The notes under the pieces were generated by a model. It made no database searches. It was not told the origin of the DNA and saw only the letters and a program-made list of their open reading frames with translations. DNA of 24,000 nt from Metallosphaera javensis (ex Hofmann et al. 2022) (GTDB lineage Archaea > Thermoproteota > Thermoprotei_A > Sulfolobales > Sulfolobaceae). How positions within the stretch are numbered: position 1 is the stretch's first letter; each line of letters opens with the position of its first letter. Positions 18,763 through 24,000 of the stretch are shown piece by piece. The position numbers were made by a program, and so were the translations under genes. The stretch spans positions 126,545 through 150,544 of the forward strand of contig NZ_JAKNCW010000005.1 in assembly GCF_022064045.1 (NCBI RefSeq), given 5' to 3'.

Positions 18763-20106
18763 TCAGGCCACCTCTTTTATGGCGTTAATTAGGTCATCTA
18801 TTGCCCTCTTGGTGTGGACTTCAGTTACACAAAACAGTGCCTCCCTAGGACCCAGTTTCAATCCACCATGAATGCCCCTCTTGAGCAACTCTGAGTGAAT
18901 TCTATCGTAATCGGATCTGAACACAAAGGTGAATTCCTCAAAGAAGTCAGATTCCCACTTCCTAGTGCCAAGCTCCTCATCCTCCATCCTCTTCAAAGCG
19001 TAATGGGATCTCTTGTAAATCTCGGTAGCTAACTCCTTTATACCGTTCCTTCCAAGGAGGGATAGGTAAACAGCGTTGGCCAGGGCTATGAGAGCCTCAT
19101 TAGTGGTGATGTTTGATGTTGCCTTCTCCCTTCTCGCGAATTGTTCCCTCGTCTGAAGAATCAGGGTAAACCCTCTTTTCCCGTTAACGTCCTGCGTCAT
19201 GCCCACGATTCTTCCAGGCATCTGCCTCACCAATTTCATGTCCATCCTAGTAGCGAGGATACCGCTGTATGGACCTCCAAAGTTGAGCGGTATCCCTAAC
19301 TCCTGGCCATCCCCAACTGCTATGTCAAACCCAAGTTCACCCGGACTCTTTATCAGTCCCAGGGAGAGCGGGCTCACCCCTACAATACTCACCACGTTAT
19401 TCTTCCTCGCCCACTCAGTCACGTATTCCAGTTCAGTCTCCACTACCCCAAAGAAGTTGGGCTGTTGAACGTACACGGAGGAGATCTCGTCCGGATTGAG
19501 GGAGGATAGGAAATCAAGATCCACTTTGCCGTCCTTTCCTGTGGGAACCTTGACCACTTCCAGTTCCTTACCAGATATCCAGGTTCTGAGCACCTGTTCG
19601 TGTAGCGGGTTAATGGATTCTGGAACCACTACCTTTCTTCTCCCGTTGATCCTGTGCGCCATGAGAACCGCCTCGGCCAGGCTACCTCCCCAGTCGTAGT
19701 GGGACGAGTTAACCACATCCATCTCCAGAAGTTCAGCCATGAGGCTCTGATACTCGAACAGGGCCTGCAGGAGACCCTGATTTACCTCAGGTTGATAAGG
19801 CGTATACGCAGTGTAGAACTCCGACCTGGTCAGAATGAACTTAATCACGGAAGGAATTGAATGGGGATATGCCCCAGCGCCAAGAAAAGGGGGATATTTT
19901 AACTTTAAGTTCCTCTCAGCCACTTGGCCTAATCTCCATCTTATTTCCTCCTCGGATAAAGGAGAGTCGTAACCCACCTTCAGTTCTCGTCTCAATATTA
20001 GATCCTCTGGAACGTCCTGAAAAAGCTCGTCAATTTCCTCTACGCCAATTTCCCTTAACATGTCCTGAATCCTAGATATATTTGGAAGCCAGGGATGGTT
20101 GTCCAT
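18763..20106 (-). CDS. gcvPA: Glycine dehydrogenase (decarboxylating) subunit 1
   Basis: FLGAGAYPHSIPSV, FYTAYTPYQPEVNQGLLQALFEYQS, GQELGIPLNFGGPYSG and TSNITTNEALIAL motifs. Confidence 0.95.
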   Translation of the reverse strand: MDNHPWLPNISRIQDMLREIGVEEIDELFQDVPEDLILRRELKVGYDSPLSEEEIRWRLGQVAERNLKLKYPPFLGAGAYPHSIPSVIKFILTRSEFYTAYTPYQPEVNQGLLQALFEYQSLMAELLEMDVVNSSHYDWGGSLAEAVLMAHRINGRRKVVVPESINPLHEQVLRTWISGKELEVVKVPTGKDGKVDLDFLSSLNPDEISSVYVQQPNFFGVVETELEYVTEWARKNNVVSIVGVSPLSLGLIKSPGELGFDIAVGDGQELGIPLNFGGPYSGILATRMDMKLVRQMPGRIVGMTQDVNGKRGFTLILQTREQFARREKATSNITTNEALIALANAVYLSLLGRNGIKELATEIYKRSHYALKRMEDEELGTRKWESDFFEEFTFVFRSDYDRIHSELLKRGIHGGLKLGPREALFCVTEVHTKRAIDDLINAIKEVA

Positions 20107-20150
20107 TTAAACTCCATCAGCAAATATCAAACAATAGAAGGCGGTTATGA
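20107..20150. promoter_or_regulatory. 44-bp divergent promoter region between gcvPA and gcvT
   Basis: Start codons at 20106 (-) and 20151 (+) leave only 44 bp; central AT-rich AAATATCAAAC at about 20122-20131. Confidence 0.5.
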
Positions 20151-21194
20151 ATGTTTTGGACTCCCTTGATTAACTTTGAGGAAAAGTTAGGGGCAAGTCT
20201 GGGTGAGTTTGCAGGTTGGAAAATGCCCATGACCTACTCCTCCTATCAGGAGGAGCATATGGCTGTCAGGACCAAGTCAGCCTTTTTCGACCTATCCCAC
20301 ATGGGTAGATTGAGGGTTACAGGAAAACTACAGGAATTTGAAAATCTCATTGCAAAGAAGATCTCTGACTCTCCACCTGGCAACATGATTGGTCCAACGG
20401 CCTTTCTCAATGACAGGGCCGGTTTTGTGGACGACGTAATGACCTACAAGGTTTCCGAATCGGAGTTTCTTGTGGTCACCAATGCGATAAACAGGGAGAA
20501 GGTGATAAACTGGATCAGGAAGAACTCCGCCTTAGAGGTACAGGACTTAACCTTCGACTTGGTCATGATAGCTCTTCAGGGCCGGGGGATTTGGGAAGTG
20601 GTGGAGAAACCGGACCTTTCTCCTCTACAGTTCAAGTTAAACGCCAAGTTTGAGGGTCATGAGGTTTTCCTTTTGAGTAGATCTGGATGGACCGGTGAGG
20701 ACGGAGTAGAATTTTGGGCAAAACCTGAGGTGGCCCAATCAATTCTGGAAAGGCTCATAACCCGAGGGATTAAAGGGGCCGGTTTAGTCACGAGGGATAG
20801 TTTGAGGCAGGAAATGGGTTTCGTCCTATATGGGGAGGATATTGGAGAGGATGTGAATCCAGTGGAAGCCAGATACTGGGTTTACTCCCTAGAGAAGGAC
20901 TTCATAGGGAAAAGTGCTCTCCTGGAGATCCTAAGAGCAGGCGTGGATAAGCTGAGAATTGGTTTAAAACTACCCAAGAATCAAAGAGTTATCCCCAGGA
21001 ACTCCTCTAAGATCAAGATCGCAGGAAAGGAAGTGGGTTACGTAACGAGCTCTACCTTTTCTCCCTATCTGTCTAGGGTTATAGGAATGGGATACCTGAG
21101 TTCCAGGCATTTTTTAGTGGGCGGAAATGCTGAGGTTGAGGTGAGAGGGAAGGATTATAGCGTTAAATTGTCAGATTTCCCATTATTAAAATGA
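20151..21194 (+). CDS. gcvT: Aminomethyltransferase (glycine cleavage T protein)
   Basis: [34 protein letters not shown] and [12 protein letters not shown] motifs; C-terminal [20 protein letters not shown]. Confidence 0.95.
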   Translation: MFWTPLINFEEKLGASLGEFAGWKMPMTYSSYQEEHMAVRTKSAFFDLSHMGRLRVTGKLQEFENLIAKKISDSPPGNMIGPTAFLNDRAGFVDDVMTYKVSESEFLVVTNAINREKVINWIRKNSALEVQDLTFDLVMIALQGRGIWEVVEKPDLSPLQFKLNAKFEGHEVFLLSRSGWTGEDGVEFWAKPEVAQSILERLITRGIKGAGLVTRDSLRQEMGFVLYGEDIGEDVNPVEARYWVYSLEKDFIGKSALLEILRAGVDKLRIGLKLPKNQRVIPRNSSKIKIAGKEVGYVTSSTFSPYLSRVIGMGYLSSRHFLVGGNAEVEVRGKDYSVKLSDFPLLK

Positions 21195-21204
21195 GGCGCT
21201 TAAT

Positions 21205-21612
21205 TTGAGCGAAATTAAGGTTGGTAAATACGTTCTTAGAAGTGATCTACTTTATACCGAGAGCGACGAGTGGGTTAAGTTAAATGGAACGGAGGCAGTT
21301 GTCGGGATAACGGATTACGCTCAGAAAAAACTCAGGGATATTGTGGGGGTAGATTTACCCAAAAGAGGACAGAGGGTCTCCCTTGGGGAAGTGATTGCGG
21401 TGGTGGAATCAGTAAAGGCGGCGGCAGACATTTACTCGCCACTCTCTGGGGAAGTGATAGATGTGAATGAGGAATTAGTGTCCAGTCCAGAGCTAATAAA
21501 TAAGGATCCCTATGGCTCAGGCTGGTTATTCAAGTTAAAAATAACCAATCCAGAGGAAAGTAAAAAGCTTCTCCCTGCAGAATTATATGCGGAGAAGATT
21601 AAGGGTGATTGA
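21205..21612 (+). CDS. gcvH: Glycine cleavage system H protein
   Basis: [26 protein letters not shown] and lipoyl-lysine motif [19 protein letters not shown]; TTG start. Confidence 0.95.
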   Translation: MSEIKVGKYVLRSDLLYTESDEWVKLNGTEAVVGITDYAQKKLRDIVGVDLPKRGQRVSLGEVIAVVESVKAAADIYSPLSGEVIDVNEELVSSPELINKDPYGSGWLFKLKITNPEESKKLLPAELYAEKIKGD

Positions 21613-22366
21613 TGTGGAGGAAGGATTTGAAGTAGAGGAAAATTATGTTCCGGATTTGAGGAAACCCTCGTACATGATTGTGGGTATACCTGATGCGGGT
21701 CTAGTCGGAGAGATTGCTACAGAATACATGATCAGCAAGGGACTGGTCCAGGAATATGGCCAAGTATTTTCTAGAAAGTATCTTCCCCCTATACTGCATG
21801 TTGATGATGGAATTGCCAAATCTCCCCTGAGGCTCTATCACGGAAAGGATCTCAACATAATCGTTGTTCACTCATGGACAGCGCTTCCGGTTAACGCTGC
21901 CTATCCACTGGCCAAGTTTATAACAGAGTATGCCATCAGATACGGTATCAGCTCGGTTATCTCCATAACTGGGTTGCCCATACCCAACAGGCTTGATATA
22001 GATAAACCAACTGCCTACTGGATAGCAAATTCCAAGGATTTGGCCTCAAGTCTGGGCGGACTCGACAACGTTCAGAAGTTCGGCCAAGGTTACATTTCCG
22101 GTCCATACGCTCCAATTCTTTATGAGACTGCAAAGAAGAACATAGGCAACTTCGCCATAGTCGTGGAGTCTTTTCTGGACATACCAGATCCCGAAGCTTC
22201 AGCTGTTGCCCTAGAAATAGTAGGAAAATACCTTGGATTCACCATAGATACTAGCGCCCTTTTACAGGAGGCTGAGGAAATCAGATCTAGGATTAAGGGC
22301 TTGATGGAGCAAACAAAGAGGGAACTTCCCACCTATTCCTCAGGAAAACCAATGACCTACGCGTGA
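21587..22366 (+). CDS. PAC2-family (proteasome assembly chaperone-like) protein
   Basis: [44 protein letters not shown]. Start uncertain; GTG 21605 would still overlap gcvH by 8 nt. Confidence 0.75.
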   Translation: MRRRLRVIDVEEGFEVEENYVPDLRKPSYMIVGIPDAGLVGEIATEYMISKGLVQEYGQVFSRKYLPPILHVDDGIAKSPLRLYHGKDLNIIVVHSWTALPVNAAYPLAKFITEYAIRYGISSVISITGLPIPNRLDIDKPTAYWIANSKDLASSLGGLDNVQKFGQGYISGPYAPILYETAKKNIGNFAIVVESFLDIPDPEASAVALEIVGKYLGFTIDTSALLQEAEEIRSRIKGLMEQTKRELPTYSSGKPMTYA

Positions 22367-22749
22367 AAGACATGCCTGCATATAAGGACCTTTACGACAT
22401 GGTAAAGAAGGCCATAGAGGCGGAAATGAGGGAAATGGAAAACATGGTAGAGCTAATGTCCAACGAAATAAGGGAGGCCGTGGAAAGGGAGAGCTGTCTG
22501 GTTCCACTTTACAGTGAACTGAGAAGGGAGAACGAGCTAATCTACATAGTGGATGTGCCCCACCTGAAAGAGGAGACCATATACGTTAAGCTGAATGGGC
22601 AGAACCTTGAGCTTTCCTGCACCAACTCAAGGGGAGTGAAGTACAGGCTAAACCTGAAAGTTCCCAAGGAATTGGAAGGGTCGGAGATCAAGGTCTCCAG
22701 GGTGAAGGGAAGGATAACCCTAAGGCTTATCAAGGCGAATACTAAATGA
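22363..22749 (+). CDS. Hsp20/CS-domain-like small protein
   Basis: ELIYIVDVPHLKEETIYVKLNGQNLELSC...RYRLNLKVPKELEGSEIKVSRVKGRITLRL resembles an alpha-crystallin/p23 beta-sandwich; 4-nt overlap with the upstream gene. Confidence 0.55.
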   Translation: MKDMPAYKDLYDMVKKAIEAEMREMENMVELMSNEIREAVERESCLVPLYSELRRENELIYIVDVPHLKEETIYVKLNGQNLELSCTNSRGVKYRLNLKVPKELEGSEIKVSRVKGRITLRLIKANTK

Positions 22750-22864
22750 TAATTTGAAAGTTTCAGTGTTGCTATAAATTTGGTTTCTAACTTTATTTGT
22801 GCTCATATAAAAGGTCAAAACTTTACGAGAGATAATAAAAGTCCCTTTTTCAAACTCTTATGAA

Positions 22865-22890
22865 GGCGTTGCAACATGTTTATAAACGCC
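22865..22890 (+). promoter_or_regulatory. TATA box GTTTATAAAC inside an inverted repeat GGCGTT-N14-AACGCC
   Basis: GGCGTT 22865-22870, AACGCC 22885-22890, palindromic TATA GTTTATAAAC 22878-22887 and palindrome GTTGCAAC 22868-22875; upstream of the TTG start at 22919. Confidence 0.5.
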
Positions 22891-22918
22891 GTTTAAGATA
22901 ACTAGTTAAGGGATAATT

Positions 22919-23899
22919 TTGGAGGAGCTTAATAACGCCAAGGATATAGAGACTAGGAAGGTTCAGAAGCTCGGCTCATCCTCCCTTTTCATTACATTAC
23001 CCAAGAAGTGGATCAATAGGTGGAACGTTAAACCGGGAGACAAGATCCTGATAGAGGTGTCAAGTGATGGCTCTCTTAAGCTGATTGCAGAGAAGATAAA
23101 GATGGAGAATAATCACAGGTCCATCAAGATTGATGTTGACTCATTGAAGCAACCAATTCCCAGCATTATCCCATGTCTCTACACCCTTGGATACGACGAA
23201 ATCATCCTGGAATCCAAGAGATCCATTCAACCCAAGGACGTTGAGGACCTCATTCAAGTAACAAAGCAGATAGTTGGAGTCGAGGTAACGGAAACATCCG
23301 AGAACAGAATCAAGGTGGAGTGCCTCTTGGACACTGAAAAGGTTGGGATAGAGTCCCTTCTCAGAAGGATGCTCAACACTGTTGCCAAGAGAGTTGACGA
23401 GACCATAGCCCTGATATCAGGGGAAACGCCAAGGGAGAGCTCAGGGAATCATGAGGATCTGCGCAGGCTATATTACATGTTAATGAGAAGAGTCATGGGA
23501 AGCAGATACGAGACCGCCAAGAATATGACCAAGAACACCCTTATCGTGATAAATACCACTACCCTCCTTAACGTGGACACTGTGATAGATAAATTGATGG
23601 ACGCAATCAGGTCATCCAGCCCTAGTAAGGAGGAATCTCAGGTCCTTGTCGAGACGCTGAAAAAGGTCAACGATCTCTTGGACGAGGTTATAATGACCGT
23701 TCTATTTCCCAGCACCAAGAGGGTTCTAAACGGTCTTAACTTAGTCAGAGAATCTAGGCTCAACTTATCTCAGCTAAACAATACTCCGGTCGTAGAGTAC
23801 ATCAAACAGATAGTGGGACTTCTGGAGAGCGCTCTAGAGAATTCGTCCTGTACACTGTTCCTGGAGGATATGCCTTGGATAGAAAGAAACTTAACTTAA
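22919..23899 (+). CDS. PhoU-family regulator with N-terminal AbrB/SpoVT-like DNA-binding domain
   Basis: VQKLGSSSLFITLPKKWINRWNVKPGDKILIEVSSDGSLKL (AbrB-like), followed by helical PhoU-type repeats; TTG start. Confidence 0.8.
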   Translation: MEELNNAKDIETRKVQKLGSSSLFITLPKKWINRWNVKPGDKILIEVSSDGSLKLIAEKIKMENNHRSIKIDVDSLKQPIPSIIPCLYTLGYDEIILESKRSIQPKDVEDLIQVTKQIVGVEVTETSENRIKVECLLDTEKVGIESLLRRMLNTVAKRVDETIALISGETPRESSGNHEDLRRLYYMLMRRVMGSRYETAKNMTKNTLIVINTTTLLNVDTVIDKLMDAIRSSSPSKEESQVLVETLKKVNDLLDEVIMTVLFPSTKRVLNGLNLVRESRLNLSQLNNTPVVEYIKQIVGLLESALENSSCTLFLEDMPWIERNLT

Positions 23900-23930
23900 A
23901 ATGCAATAAATGGTGTGTGGTGAATTGACA

Positions 23931-24000
23931 ATGTCTACACTTAAGGTTGAAAACCTTCACGTTGAGGTTGAGGGTAAGGAAGTTCTTAAGGGAGTTACAT
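23931..24000 (+). CDS. sufC: Start of a SufC-like ABC ATPase (Fe-S cluster assembly), truncated by window end
   Basis: MSTLKVENLHVEVEGKEVLKGVT matches the typical SufC N-terminus; only 23 codons visible. Confidence 0.6.
   Translation, partial: MSTLKVENLHVEVEGKEVLKGVT

Noticed and set aside
18503-20075. Plus-strand ORFs (18503-18871, 19199-19468, 19496-19699, 19654-19860, 19857-20075) opposite gcvPA/gcvPB
   Set aside because: Shadow ORFs of two well-conserved minus-strand genes.
1-24000. Search by eye for CRISPR arrays, IS elements, toxin-antitoxin or defence genes, and tRNA/rRNA
   Set aside because: No regularly spaced direct repeats, transposase or integrase motifs, or recognisable tRNA arms were seen. 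The region is an ordinary housekeeping segment, so a large novel multi-gene system is not supported here.

Overview
The window reads as a compact, gene-dense stretch of a crenarchaeal (Sulfolobales, probably Metallosphaera-like) chromosome. In order it carries: the end of a trp operon (trpE'-trpG-trpC) and a class I aminotransferase; valS; a geranylgeranyl-reductase-type flavoprotein; several small hypothetical or Zn-ribbon proteins; an archaeal Ogg-type DNA glycosylase; a serA-aminotransferase pair; rpoK; the ESCRT-like cell-division operon cdvA-cdvB-cdvC; enolase; a Zn-ribbon protein and signal peptidase; a complete glycine-cleavage P/T/H gene set (gcvPA-gcvPB divergent from gcvT-gcvH); a PAC2-family protein; an Hsp20-like protein; an AbrB/PhoU-type regulator; and the start of a SufC-like ATPase. 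I see no CRISPR array, transposon, tRNA or rRNA. The most interesting unexplained signals are in the intergenic DNA. (1) A promoter-proximal 39-codon micro-ORF upstream of serA has 10 Ser in its last 20 residues, and its last codons can pair with the serA start codon, which resembles a leader-peptide attenuator. (2) Three candidate C/D box guide RNAs were found; two bracket the cdv operon and one overlaps the stop codon of the aminotransferase gene. (3) A 68-nt out-of-frame overlap encodes both a very basic protein tail and the Ogg N-terminus. (4) An unannotated, probably leaderless 53-aa ORF lies upstream of a Zn-ribbon gene. All assignments come from reading the sequence and from family knowledge; no searches were run.
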